Assembly (NCBI GenBank): GCA_963703505.1
Contig: CAVPEL010000004.1
Span: forward strand, 9,216-73,215
DNA from: an uncultured Actinomycetota bacterium
Lineage (GTDB): Bacteria > Actinomycetota > Actinomycetes > CAVPEL01
Direction: 5' to 3'
Length of the DNA: 64,000 nt
The notes under the pieces were generated by a model. That model did not search any database and was not told where the DNA came from. It saw nothing but the letters and a program-made list of their open reading frames with translations. Position 1 is the first letter of the stretch. The number at the start of each line of letters is the position of its first letter. Both the position numbers and the translations under genes were made by a program. Positions 9,352 through 19,840 of this stretch are shown here, in pieces.

Positions 9352-10578
9352 CTACGCCTCGAACAGCGTGTCGCCCCAGTAGCCACCGGGCCGCACACCC
9401 GGTGGGCAGGCCCAGATCCCAGATCCGGTGTGCCGGATGTACTCGTTGAGCGTGTCCGACCGGGCGAGCCGCTCCTGCATCGGGATGAACTGCCGGCGCG
9501 GGTCGCGTTGGTAGGCGAGGAAGAACAACCCAGCGTCGAGGTGCCCGAGGCCGTCGCTGCCGTCGGTGAAGGAGTAGCCGCGCCGCAGCAGCTCGGCGCC
9601 GTCGTTGGTCGCCGGGTGCGCCAACCGGACGTGCGAGTTGGCGGGCAGGTCAGCAGGGTTGAAGTCGTCGAACTCTCGGGCATGGCCCAGCGGCGCGCCC
9701 TCGCCCTTGTCCCGACCGAAAATCTGCTGCTGCTCGGCGAGCGAGGTGCGGTCCCAGGTCTCGATGATCATGCGGATCCGCCGCGCGACCAGGTAGGACC
9801 CACCGGCCATCCACGCTGGGCCGTCGCCGCTGTCCACCCACACATGCTCGTCCTGGCGGGACGTGTCGGTGGTGGTCATGTTGGCCGTGCCGTCCTTGAA
9901 GCCGAAGAGGTTACGCGGGGTGCCCTCGTCGCGGGTGGTGGTGGAGGTCTTGCCGAAGCCCAGCTGCGACCACCGGACGACCGCGGCACCGAACCCGAGC
10001 CGGGCGAGGTTGCGTATCGCGTGAACAGCGACCTGCGGGTCGTCGGCGCACGCCTGGACCACGATGTCGCCTCCGCAACGCGCCGGGTCCAGGGTGTCAC
10101 CACGGAAGGGCGGAAGGTCGACCAGCGCGGGCGGGCGGGAGGCGCCGAGCCCGAAGCGGCCGTCGAACAGCGACGGTCCGAAGCCGATGGTCAGGGTGAG
10201 CCGCGATGGCGGCAGCCCCACGGCCTCCCCGGTGTCGTCCGGCGGTGCCTCGACCGGTCCGCCGGCGGCGCCCGTAGTGCCCACCTGCTGGCCGGCGGTC
10301 ATCTTCGCCGCCGCCGCGGTCCACTCCCGCAGCATCGCCACCAGGGCCGCGCGGTCGCGGGTCACCACGTCGAACGCCGCAAAGTGGAGCCGGTCCTGCA
10401 CCGGCGTCACGATGCCCGCCTGGTGCGCGCCATGGAAGTCGATGGCCGTCAGGGCCGGATGCGCCGCGGCACGCGAGGTGCCGGTGAGCGCCAGCGTGCC
10501 GCCCGTCGCGGCGGCGGCTCCGACGGCGCCCGCGCCCATGAGCCCGAGCAGCGACCGCCGGCTCAGCCCAGGTGCCAT
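9352..10578 (-). CDS. efeB: Dyp-type peroxidase, Tat-secreted (deferrochelatase/peroxidase EfeB)
   Basis: A Tat signal (SRRSLLGLMGAGAVGAAAA) and Dyp peroxidase motifs (GFKDGTAN, RRGYSF). It lies directly downstream of efeO. Confidence 0.85.
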   Translation of the reverse strand: MAPGLSRRSLLGLMGAGAVGAAAATGGTLALTGTSRAAAHPALTAIDFHGAHQAGIVTPVQDRLHFAAFDVVTRDRAALVAMLREWTAAAAKMTAGQQVGTTGAAGGPVEAPPDDTGEAVGLPPSRLTLTIGFGPSLFDGRFGLGASRPPALVDLPPFRGDTLDPARCGGDIVVQACADDPQVAVHAIRNLARLGFGAAVVRWSQLGFGKTSTTTRDEGTPRNLFGFKDGTANMTTTDTSRQDEHVWVDSGDGPAWMAGGSYLVARRIRMIIETWDRTSLAEQQQIFGRDKGEGAPLGHAREFDDFNPADLPANSHVRLAHPATNDGAELLRRGYSFTDGSDGLGHLDAGLFFLAYQRDPRRQFIPMQERLARSDTLNEYIRHTGSGIWACPPGVRPGGYWGDTLFEA

Positions 10579-10582
10579 TGCC

Positions 10583-11723
10583 TCAAGCCTTTCCGAGGAC
10601 CGTGGCGGTCAGCTTCGACAGCGGCTCACCGAGTGCGTCGACATGGCCCGCGAGCAGCTTGCGGTGGGCCGCGTCCACGGTGTCGTAGGACACGAATCCG
10701 TCGCCGCTGCGCAGCTTGGCGAGCTCGGCCTCGACCGTGCTGAACGAGCTGTCGAGCGTGGCGACCAGCGCGGCATCCCGGTCGGCGACGATCGGTCGCA
10801 GCAGCTCGTAGGCCTTCTTGGCGCCGTCGACGTTCGCCGCGAAGTCCCACAGGTCGGTGTGCGAGAAGGCCTCCTCCTCGCCGGTGACCTTGCCGGTGGC
10901 GACCTCGTCGAGCAGCTCCTTGGCACCGTTGCCCATGCTGGCGGCCGTGATCTCGGCGTCGGCCACCCGCGACTGGAGGTCCTTCACGTCGGCGACGAGC
11001 TGGTCGGCGACCGCGTCGAGCCCGGCGACCGAGCCGTCCACCCACAGCGCCTTCTCGATGCGGTGCCAACCGGTCCACTCCTGGCCGGCTTCGAGGTCGG
11101 CCTCACGCAGGTCCAGCCGAGGGTCGAGGTCGCCGAAGCTCTCGGCGACCGGCTCGATGCTCTCCCACGGCACCCGGGACTCGGCGTACAGCGCCTTGGC
11201 GCCCTCGACGTCGCCGGCCTTGATGGCGGCGGCGAACCCCTCAGCCAGGGGCACGAGGGCGTCGGCCTGCTCCTGGACGTACGCCCGGTAGCTGTCGACC
11301 GCCTGCTGCAGGCGCGGATCGCCGCCGCGGCGCCGGCGACCTCGGTCACCGTCAACGCGCTGCGGATCCCGTCGCCCACCATCCCCGGCTTGCAGGCGAG
11401 CTCGTACGAGCCGACCTTGAGGTCGACGGTCAGGTTGTAGGACGTGCCCGGCCCGATGTTCTCCTTCTCCGCGACGATCTTGTCGCCCGGAGCGTAGAGG
11501 TAGACCTCGGTGACCCGGCCACCCTTGTTGCTGATCGCAAACGTGTGCGCGCCCGCCGGCAAGGTGGAAGCACCGACGTCGCACGTCGAGTCGGTCGCGG
11601 TGACGGCGATGGTGTCGCCCTTGGCAGCCTTCGACGAGGCGCCGCACGCGGTCAGTACGAAAGCGGCGGAGACGATGGCTGCGGTCAACGGTGTGGCGGT
11701 CGCGACGAGTCGGTGTCGGGTCA
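10583..11723 (-). CDS. efeO: iron uptake system component EfeO (cupredoxin-like N-domain + imelysin/M75 domain), one frameshift near 11290
   Basis: An N-terminal lipoprotein signal (AAIVSAAFVLTACGASSK) and cupredoxin-like region sit in one frame. The imelysin domain (GWHRIEKALW...) is in another. Confidence 0.75.
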
Positions 11724-11788
11724 CGGCGGAGGTGGCTCCTGGGTCGGCGGGCAGACAGGCGGGGACGCGCGAGTGGGGTGGCAGCCGG

Positions 11789-12628
11789 TCAGGCACGGGC
11801 CGATACCGCGTCGGCGGGCGCCTTGGCACGAACTCGGCCGGGGAGCAGGAACAGCACCAGCACCGGGATCACGTAGAGCAGCCAGGTCATGACCTGGAGC
11901 CACGTCGACGCCGCGCTGAAGTTGAGCGTGCCTTTGAGCAGCGTTCCGTACCAGCTGTCCGGTGGAACCTGCGCGCTGACGTCGTAGGCGAGCGAGCGCA
12001 GGCCCGGCAGCGCACCGGCCTCCTGCAGATCGTGCACGCCATAGGCCAGCACGCCGGCCGCGACGAAGATGAGAGCGCCGCCGGTCCAGGTGAAGAAGCG
12101 GCTCAGGTTGATGGCGACGGCGCGCCGGTACAGCAGGTAGGCCAGCGCCACCGCGGTGGCGAGTCCTAGCGCGGCGCCGGTCACCGGCACGGCCGTCTCG
12201 TTGGTCGCCTGGATCGCGGTCCACAGGAACAGCGAGGTCTCCAGCCCTTCGCGCCCCACCGCGATGAAGGCCGTGATGACCAGGGCTGTCGTGCCCAGCG
12301 CCAGCGCGCTGTCCACCCGCGACTGCAGCTCACCCCTCATCGATCGGGCGGTGCGACGCATCCAGAAGATCATCCAGGTGACGAAGCCCACCGCGATGAT
12401 CGACAGGGTCCCTCCGAAGAGCTCCTGGGCCTCGAACGACATGCTGGCCGAGGTGAACGTCAGGGCGGCGCCGAAGGCGACGCTCAGCGCGATGGCGATC
12501 CCAACGCCGAGCCACACCGGCGGCAGGCTCGCCTTGCGACCGGACCGGACCAGGTACGCCACCAGGATGCTCACGACAAGGGAGGCTTCGAGGCCTTCCC
12601 GCAGGCCGATGAGGTAGTTGGCCAGCAT
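11789..12628 (-). CDS. efeU: FTR1-family ferrous iron permease EfeU
   Basis: A polytopic membrane protein with an REGLE motif near the N-terminus (LREGLEASLVVSIL) and a second REGLETSLF motif. Confidence 0.8.
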   Translation of the reverse strand: MLANYLIGLREGLEASLVVSILVAYLVRSGRKASLPPVWLGVGIAIALSVAFGAALTFTSASMSFEAQELFGGTLSIIAVGFVTWMIFWMRRTARSMRGELQSRVDSALALGTTALVITAFIAVGREGLETSLFLWTAIQATNETAVPVTGAALGLATAVALAYLLYRRAVAINLSRFFTWTGGALIFVAAGVLAYGVHDLQEAGALPGLRSLAYDVSAQVPPDSWYGTLLKGTLNFSAASTWLQVMTWLLYVIPVLVLFLLPGRVRAKAPADAVSARA

Positions 12629-12669
12629 CTCCGAAGCTCCCCGAATTGTGAAAGGACAGGCTGTCCTTA

Positions 12670-12688
12670 TTAGGTGAGGCTAACTACA
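12670..12688. promoter_or_regulatory. putative IdeR/DtxR iron box upstream of efeU
   Basis: TTAGGTGAGGCTAACTACA matches the actinobacterial IdeR consensus TTAGGTTAGGCTAACCTAA at 15/19 positions. It lies 42-60 bp upstream of the efeU ATG. An adjacent perfect palindrome AAGGACAGgCTGTCCTT is at 12652-12668. Confidence 0.5.
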
Positions 12689-12872
12689 CCAGAAGATTCG
12701 GGTCCGGATCAAATCTGCGAGCCGGAGGCGGGGCTCGACAGACTCTGCCTGGCACCGGCCAGCTCACCGCAACAGCGTCCGGGAGTCCATCGCCGTGTCG
12801 CGCGTCCGGATGGAATGGCGCCGCGCCCCCGTGGCGTTGCTCCAGGTGGACACCCCCGAACAAGGAGCCTGC

Positions 12873-13571
12873 GTGAAGATCGAGATCTGGTCCGACATCG
12901 TCTGTCCCTGGTGCTACATCGGCAAGCGCCGGTTCGAGGAAGCGTTGGCCGGCTTCGAGCACCGCGACGAGGTCGAGATCATCTGGCGCAGCTTCGAGCT
13001 CGACCCGCAGGCCCCACACGAGGCGCACGGCGACCTGGACGCCAGGCTCGCGAACAAGTACGGCATCCCGGTCGAGCAGGCGCGCCAGATGCAGGCGCAG
13101 ATCACCGAGACCGCCGCCGGGGCAGGCCTCGCCTTCCGGTTCGACATCGCGCGCACCGGCAACACCTTCACGGCGCACCGGCTCATCCACTTCGCCGCGA
13201 GCGCCGGTCTGTCCGGCGATCTCAAGGAGCGGCTGATGGCCGCCTACTTCACTGAGGGCGAGGCAATCAGTGACGCCGAGACTCTGGTCCGGCTGGCCTG
13301 TGAGGTCGGTCTTGACGCCGAGAAGGCGCGACGCGTGGTGGACGGCGACGCCTACGCCGAAGCCGTTCGCACGGACGAGCAAGAGGCCTCGGCGCTAGGG
13401 ATCCGCGGGGTGCCGTTCTTCGTGCTCGACCGCACCTACGGGGTGTCCGGCGCTCAGCCAGCAGAGGTACTGCTCGACGCGATGCGCACTGCGTGGGGCG
13501 AACGTCCCGCGCTCACCATGGTGGCGCCGGAGGCCGCAGAGGTCTGCGACGACGACACCTGTGCAGTGTGA
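12873..13571 (+). CDS. DsbA family oxidoreductase (FrnE-like thiol:disulfide interchange protein)
   Basis: A CPWC active site (KIEIWSDIVCPWCYIGKRR) in a thioredoxin-like DSBA domain. An AAGGAG RBS lies 6 nt before the GTG at 12873. Confidence 0.75.
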   Translation: MKIEIWSDIVCPWCYIGKRRFEEALAGFEHRDEVEIIWRSFELDPQAPHEAHGDLDARLANKYGIPVEQARQMQAQITETAAGAGLAFRFDIARTGNTFTAHRLIHFAASAGLSGDLKERLMAAYFTEGEAISDAETLVRLACEVGLDAEKARRVVDGDAYAEAVRTDEQEASALGIRGVPFFVLDRTYGVSGAQPAEVLLDAMRTAWGERPALTMVAPEAAEVCDDDTCAV

Positions 13572-13619
13572 TCTTCGCCGCTGACCGGATCAACGTCAGA
13601 CGCCGCAGCGGGAAGCTGG

Positions 13620-13790
13620 TCAGCGCTGCGGACGGGCAGAGCTACGACCTCGATGAACTGCGCCGGCCACGAGGGTGAGCACGAAAAGCACGCAGGCGAT
13701 CGCAAACAGCCAGAGCAGGCCATGCACAACGAAACCGATGATGCCGGCGACGATCCAGATGATCAGAAGTACCAGCAGGAATGTCAGCAC
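13620..13790 (-). CDS. lmo0937-family small membrane protein
   Basis: A ~56 aa two-TM peptide (LLVLLIIWIVAGIIGFVVHGLLWLFAIACVLFVL...HRGR). An AGGAGG RBS precedes the GTG. Confidence 0.5.
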   Translation of the reverse strand: MLTFLLVLLIIWIVAGIIGFVVHGLLWLFAIACVLFVLTLVAGAVHRGRSSARPQR

Positions 13791-13832
13791 GTCCCGTGCC
13801 TCCTGACAGATGAACGGTTGCACCCCTAGCGG

Positions 13833-14198
13833 TCAGCGGCGCGCGAGGCGCCGTTCGCCAGTGGCGCCCGGTTGGTAGGGGATTTCGTAATGCTCGAAGA
13901 CGGCTGGTTCCGTCGCGGCAGTGAGCTCGCCATCGGTGCCGATCGCCGGCGCACCTTTGACCTGCCCCTTGGGGTAGGTCACCTTGATGTAGCGGGGCGC
14001 GACGACGGCTCCGCCCAGGGGAACGAAGACCAACCGGTGCCGTCCGACCATTCCGATCTTCACGGTCGCGAAGGTTGGTTGGTCGGTGGCCGTGTCGAAG
14101 TAGACCGCTTCCATGGTGCCGATCTTGGAACCGCCGGTGTCGACCACGTCATGGTCACGCCAGTCCCGAATGTTCTCCGCCTCGAACACCGCCATCAC
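13833..14198 (-). CDS. PRC-barrel domain protein
   Basis: VVDTGGSKIGTMEAVYFD...TVKIG...LVFVPL is typical of PRC-barrel proteins. Confidence 0.65.
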   Translation of the reverse strand: MMAVFEAENIRDWRDHDVVDTGGSKIGTMEAVYFDTATDQPTFATVKIGMVGRHRLVFVPLGGAVVAPRYIKVTYPKGQVKGAPAIGTDGELTAATEPAVFEHYEIPYQPGATGERRLARR

Positions 14199-14395
14199 CT
14201 CCGGTGGCCGATCCGCCGGTCAGGGCAGATGCCCGCCCGACAGTCGACCTACCCACCCAACATCGTAAGCACCGCTGACAGCCGTCAGTAATGGCCACGG
14301 CGACGTGATGGGCCCTCTCCTCGGCGACCTGATCTGGTCGAGATCGGCCCGGGCCGGGGGTTTCCCCGGCCCGGGCGACGAACGTTCGGGCTAGC

Positions 14396-15842
14396 TCAGC
14401 CCAGGTCGGCGATCGCCTTCGCGACGCCCGCGCCGTAGGCCGGGTCGCACTTCGTGCAGTTGTCGATGTGCCGCTGCAACGATCTCGGACGGCACGCCCT
14501 GGATCGCGCGCGCCGTGTTGTCGAACAGCGCCTGCTGCTGCTCCGCGTTCATGTTCTGGAACAGCCGGCGCGGCTGCGAGAAGTAGTCGTCGTCGTCCTC
14601 GCGGAAGTTCCAGCGGTCCGCGGAGTCACCGACCGCCAGCGGCGGCTCGCGGTAGGCGGGCTGCTCCTGCCACGCGCCGTAGCTGTTCGGCTCGTAGCCG
14701 ATCGTGCTGCCGTGGTTGCCGTCGACCCGCATCGCGCCGTCGCGGTGGTAGCTGGTGACCGGGCACTTCGGCGCGTTGACCGGGATCTGGTGGTGGTTGA
14801 CGCCGAGCCGGTAGCGCTGCGCGTCGCCGTAGGAGAACAGCCGGCCCTGCAGCATCTTGTCGGGCGAGAAGCCGATGCCCGGCACGACGTTGGCCGGGGT
14901 GAACGCGACCTGCTCGACGTCGGCGAAGTAGTTGTCCGGGTTGCGGTTGAGCTCCCACTCGCCGACCTCGATCAGCGGGTAGTCGCCCTTCGGCCACACC
15001 TTCGTCAGGTCGAACGGGTGGTACGGCACCGTCGCGGCGTCCGCCTCGGGCATGATCTGCACGAACAGCTTCCACTTCGGGAAGTCGCCACGCTCGATGG
15101 CCTCGTACAGGTCGCGCTGGCTGCTCTCGCGGTCGCCTGCCGACGACCTCGGCGGCCTCGGCGTCGGTGAGGTTCTTGATGCCCTGCTGGGTGCGGAGGT
15201 GGAACTTGACCCAGAAGCGCTCGCCCGCAGCGTTGATGAAGCTGAAGGTGTGCGAGCCGAAGCCGTGCATGTGGCGGTAGGACGCCGGGATGCCGCGGTC
15301 GCTCATGACGATCGTGACCTGGTGCAGCGCCTCGGGCAGCGAGGACCAGAAGTCCCAGTTGTTCTTCGCGCTGCGCAGGTTGGTGCGCGGGTCGCGCTTG
15401 ACGGCGTGGTTGAGGTCGGGGAACTTCAGCGGGTCGCGGAAGAAGAAGACCGGGGTGTTGTTGCCGACCAGGTCCCAGTTGCCTTCCTCGGTGTAGAACT
15501 TCACCGCGAAGCCGCGGATGTCGCGCTCGGCGTCGGCCGCGCCGCGCTCGCCGGCGACGGTCGAGAAGCGCGCGAACAGCTCGGTCTTCTTGCCGACCTC
15601 GGAGAAGATCTTCGCCTTGCGTGTACTGGGTGATGTCATTGGTCACCGTGAAGGTGCCGTACGCGCCGGAGCCCTTGGCGTGCATGCGTCGCTCGGGGAT
15701 GACTTCGCGGTCGAAGTGCGCGAGCTTCTCGAGGAACCAGACGTCCTGCAGCAGCATCGGGCCGCGCGGGCCCGGCCGTCACGACGTTCTGGTTGTCGGG
15801 CACGGGTGCGCCCGCTGCGGTGGTGAGCTTCTCGTCGGCCAT
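14396..15842 (-). CDS. katA: monofunctional haem catalase (clade 3), split over at least 4 frame changes
   Basis: The catalase sequence is contiguous only across four frames: N-term [19 protein letters not shown]; [11 protein letters not shown]; [21 protein letters not shown]...FDREVIPER; and the C-terminal ...[25 protein letters not shown]. Confidence 0.85.
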
Positions 15843-15894
15843 AGTGGCTCCGCTTCCTTCGGTGGTGTGGTTGGGCGGTAGGACGATCTAAGAC

Positions 15895-16338
15895 CTACGG
15901 GGTGCGGCCGTCAGGTGGGCTGTGCTGGCAGTTGGGGCACAGGCCCCAGTAGGTCACCTCGGCCTCGTCGATGACGAAGCCCTGGGAGCTGCTGGCCTCC
16001 AGGCAGGGGGCGGAACCGACTGCGCAGTCGACGTCACCGACGGAGCCGCAGCGGCGGCAGACGACGTGGTGGTGGTTGTCGCCCACCCGCGCTTCGAAGC
16101 GCGCGGACGACCCGGCAGGTTCGATCCGGCGGATCAGTCCGGCGTCGGTCAGGGCTCGCAGCACGTCGTAGACCGCCTGCGTCGACACCGAGCCGAGCCG
16201 CCGCCGAACCCCGGCGGCGATCCCTTCGACGTCGGCATGCGGCTGGCTCCGCACCTCGGCCAGCACGGCCACCCGCGGCGCGGTCACCCGCAACGCGGCG
16301 CCGCGAAGGAGCTGGGCGGGCTCGATGTCTGCGATCAC
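15895..16338 (-). CDS. furA: Fur family transcriptional regulator (FurA/CatR-type catalase regulator)
   Basis: A Fur fold with metal-binding HHHVVCRRCG...C..C motifs. It sits immediately upstream of katA in the same orientation, the classic furA-kat arrangement. Confidence 0.8.
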   Translation of the reverse strand: MIADIEPAQLLRGAALRVTAPRVAVLAEVRSQPHADVEGIAAGVRRRLGSVSTQAVYDVLRALTDAGLIRRIEPAGSSARFEARVGDNHHHVVCRRCGSVGDVDCAVGSAPCLEASSSQGFVIDEAEVTYWGLCPNCQHSPPDGRTP

Positions 16339-16355
16339 GGCGCCACTTCAGCACG

Positions 16356-16374
16356 TTTTCTGGAATGAGTCAAG
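16356..16374 (-). promoter_or_regulatory. FurA-box-like operator overlapping furA promoter
   Basis: The minus-strand reading CTTGACTCATTCCAGAAAA closely resembles the mycobacterial FurA autoregulatory box (CTTGACTAATTCCAGAAAAG). It lies 18-36 bp upstream of the furA GTG. Confidence 0.55.
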
Positions 16375-16497
16375 ATAAGGCTGCCCGTGCGGACCGAGGT
16401 GGTCAACGGTTCTCACGCTCCCCTCGCATGACGGCGGCACGGCGGGGGCACGTCCACAAGGAGTTCCCGAAAAGGTCCACAGCGAGGCGAGCCACCG

Positions 16498-18809
16498 ATG
16501 GCTACCACCCGATCCCACCGGAAGTCGGCACACCGACCCGATACCGAGCCCACCGAGATCAAGGTCAGCCCGCCCAAAGACTGGGCGGTGGGGCTCCCCG
16601 CCGTCGAGAACACCATGGCCACCGCGCTGCACGAGATGGGGGCGGTGCGCACCCCACAGGTGCTCGGCCACCTCAATCACAAGAAGGGATTCGACTGCCC
16701 GAGCTGCGCGTGGCCCGACCCCGACCACCGCGGCCCCGCCGAGTTCTGCGAGACCGGTGCGCGGGCGTCGTCCTGGGAGGCGACCACCAAGACGGTCGGC
16801 CCGAGGTTCTTCGCACGATATTCAGTGGCCGAGCTGGAGCAGCAGTCGGATCACTGGCTCGAGGCCCAGGGTCGGCTGACCACGCCGATGCACCTCGCCG
16901 CCGGCGCGACCCACTACGAGCCGATGAGCTGGCGGGATGTGTTCGAGCTGCTCGGCAGCACGCTGCGCGCCCTGCCGGACAAGAACCGGGCGATCTTCTA
17001 CACCTCTGGCCGCACGTCGAACGAGGCCGCGTTCCTGTACCAGCTGTTCGCCCGCCGGCTCGGCACCAACAACCTCCCGGACTGCTCGAACATGTGCCAC
17101 GAGTCGTCCGGCGTCGCGCTTGGTCGCGCACTTGGCCTCGGCAAGGCGACCGTCTCGCTGACCGACATCAACGACCATGCCGAGCTGATCGTCATCGTCG
17201 GGCAGAACCCCGGAACGAACCACCCACGCATGCTCACCGCGCTCGAGAAGGCCAAGCGCCGCGGTGCACGGATCGTGGCGGTCAACCCGCTGCCCGAGGC
17301 CGGCCTGAGCCGGTTCAAGAACCCCCAGCTCCCCAGGGGCATCGTCGGCCACGGCACGAAGCTTGCCGACCTCCATCTGCCGGTGTCCGTCGGCGGCGAC
17401 CAAGCGCTGTTCGCCGCGGTGAATCGGTTGCTCATCGAGCGGGAGGAGGCGGCGCCGGGCACCGTGCTGGACCGAACGTTTATCAACCAGTACACCCATG
17501 GGCTCGACGAGGCTGTCGCGTTCTGGCGTGGGCTCGACACCGACGAGACGCTCGCCCAAGCCGGCGTCACCCGCGCCGACGCCGAGCTGCTCGTCGAGGA
17601 GACCCTCAAGGCGAAGTCCATCATCGTGTGCTGGGCGATGGGCATCACCCAGCACCGCAATGCGGTCGCCACCATCGAGGAGTTCGTCAACTACCTGCTG
17701 CTGCGCGGCAATGTCGGCCGGCTGGGTGCGGGCGCGTGCCCGGTTCGGGGGCACTCGAACGTGCAGGGTGACCGGACGATGGGCATCTTCGAGAAGATGC
17801 CGGAGGCGTTCCTGGCCGCGCTGGACGCCGAGTTCTCCATCACCTCGCCGCGCGAGCACGGGGTGGACGCGGTCGGCGCGATCCGGGCCATGCGCGACGG
17901 CACGATCGATGTCTTTCTCGGCCTGGGCGGCAACTTCGCGATGGCCACCCCCGACACCCGCCTCACCCACCAAGCCGTTGCGCAGCGTCGGACTGACCGC
18001 GCACGTGTCGACCAAGCTGAACCGCTCCCACCTGGTGCACGGCCAGCAGTCGCTGATCCTGCCGTGCCTGGGCCGCACCGACGCCGATGTGCGCGGCAGC
18101 GGGCCCGCAGGAAGTGACGGTCGAGGACTCGATGGGCATGGTGCAGGCCAGCCGCGGCAGGGTCGAACCCAGCTCGGCGCATCAGCTCAGCGAGGTGGCG
18201 ATCATCTGTGGCCTCGCGCAGGCCACCTTCGGCGCCGACGACCACATCCCGTGGGCGGCCTTCGCCGAGGACTACTCGCTCATCCGCGACCGCATCGCCC
18301 GGGTCGTGCCCGGCTGCACCGACTACAACGTCAAGGCCACCAGGCCGGGCGGTTTCGCATTGCCCAACGCGCCACGCGATGCCCGCCGGTTCAACACGGC
18401 AACCGGAAAGGCGAATTTCCGGACGACGCCATTGCGGCCTTGGGAGGTGCCCGCCGGACACCTGCTGCTGCAGAGCGTGCGCAGCCACGACCAGTTCAAC
18501 ACCACCGTCTACGGGTTCGACGACCGCTACCGCGGCATCAAGGGTGGCCGGAAGGTGGTCTTCGTCAACGCCGACGACATCGCCGCGCTGGGCTTCCACG
18601 ACGGGGACATCGTCGACCTGGTCAGCGTCTGGCCCGACGGCGAACGGCGGGCGCCCGGGTTCCGGGTCGTGGCCTACCCGACGCCGCGCGGGTCGGCGGC
18701 TGCCTACTTCCCCGAGGTGAACGTGCTGGTGCCGTTGGACTCCACGGCGGCCGAGTCGAACACCCCCACGTCGAAGTCGATCGTGATCCGCCTCGAGCCG
18801 ACGGCATGA
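16498..18809 (+). CDS. ydeP: FdhF/YdeP family molybdopterin oxidoreductase, two frameshifts (~17960 and ~18090)
   Basis: An N-terminal Cys cluster and molybdopterin oxidoreductase domains (CPSCAWPDP...; CSNMCHESSG), a TKLNRSHLVHGQQSLILPCLGRT linker in a second frame, and the C-terminal MopB domain in a third frame. Confidence 0.8.
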
Positions 18810-18813
18810 CCGT

Positions 18814-19815
18814 TCACCCGGCGTGCAGCACCGCCGCCCCGCTGTAGCGTCCGTGCGCGAGGTCGTTCAACGCCTGATCTGCGCGGGCCATCGGATACGG
18901 GACGCAGGTCACCTCAAGGCCCATCCGCGCGGCGAGGGTGAGGAACTCTTCGCCGTCCGCCCGCGTGTTCGCGGTAACGCTCCGCAGCACCTTTTCCTGG
19001 AAGAGCGTGCTGGCGTAGTCGAGCGCAGGTATGTCGGACAGCCAGATGCCGGCGACGGCGAGCGTGCCGCCGCGCTCCAGCGCCCGCAATGCCACCGGCA
19101 CGAGCGCACCAGCCGGCGCGAAGAGGATGGCCCCGTCGACCGGCTCAGGCGGCTCATCGCTTGCCGACCCGACCGAGTCCGCCCCGAGCTTGACGGCCAG
19201 CTCCCGGTTCTGCGCACCCCGGGTGAGCACGTGCACGCGCATCCCCTGGTGCAGGGCTACCTGTGCGGCCAGGTGAGCCGACGCCCCGAAGCCGTAGATG
19301 CCGAGTCGACCGCCGGGTGGCACGTTCGCCAACCGCAACGCGCGATAGCCGATGATTCCAGCGCACAGCAGCGGTGCAGCCTGCTCGTCGGAAAGCCCCG
19401 GCGGAAGGGAGTAGGCGTACCGCTCGTCGACCACGCAGGCGTCGGCGTAGCCACCGTGGATGTCCCAGCCGGTGAACACCGGGCTCAGGCACAGGTTCTC
19501 CCGGCCGGCGCGGCAGAAGCGGCAGGTTCCGTCGGTACCACCGAGCCACGCCGCTCCTACCCGTTCCCCCAGCGAAAACCGGTCGGCTCCGGGTCCACGA
19601 TCCTCGACCACACCGACGACCTCATGGCCCGGCGTCGTAGCCGGGTGGTGGGGCGGCAGATCGCCCTCGGCCAGGTGGAGGTCGGTGCGACAGACGCCGC
19701 AGCAGAGCACGCGGAGCCGCACCTGCCCTGGTCCGGGAACCGGCAGGGGCCGATCGGTCAGTCGCAGCGGTCCGGTGTCGATCGGGCCAGGCTGGGCCAC
19801 CACCCATGCGCGCAT
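18814..19815 (-). CDS. zinc-binding alcohol dehydrogenase (MDR family)
   Basis: MRAWVV...GHEVVGVVEDRGPG...GGTDGTCRFCRAGRENLC carries the catalytic and structural Zn ligands. A GxGxxA/GASAH Rossmann motif is present. Confidence 0.8.
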   Translation of the reverse strand: MRAWVVAQPGPIDTGPLRLTDRPLPVPGPGQVRLRVLCCGVCRTDLHLAEGDLPPHHPATTPGHEVVGVVEDRGPGADRFSLGERVGAAWLGGTDGTCRFCRAGRENLCLSPVFTGWDIHGGYADACVVDERYAYSLPPGLSDEQAAPLLCAGIIGYRALRLANVPPGGRLGIYGFGASAHLAAQVALHQGMRVHVLTRGAQNRELAVKLGADSVGSASDEPPEPVDGAILFAPAGALVPVALRALERGGTLAVAGIWLSDIPALDYASTLFQEKVLRSVTANTRADGEEFLTLAARMGLEVTCVPYPMARADQALNDLAHGRYSGAAVLHAG

Positions 19816-19840
19816 CGTCGTCTCACGGTACAACTGACCC

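Noticed and set aside
9301-11440. Two long plus-strand ORFs (480 and 458 aa) antisense to efeB and efeO
   Set aside because: efeB and efeO on the minus strand are unambiguous. The plus-strand translations are Arg/Gly/Pro-rich nonsense.
16822-18078. 418-aa minus-strand ORF inside ydeP
   Set aside because: ydeP on the plus strand has clear molybdopterin-oxidoreductase motifs. The antisense ORF has none.
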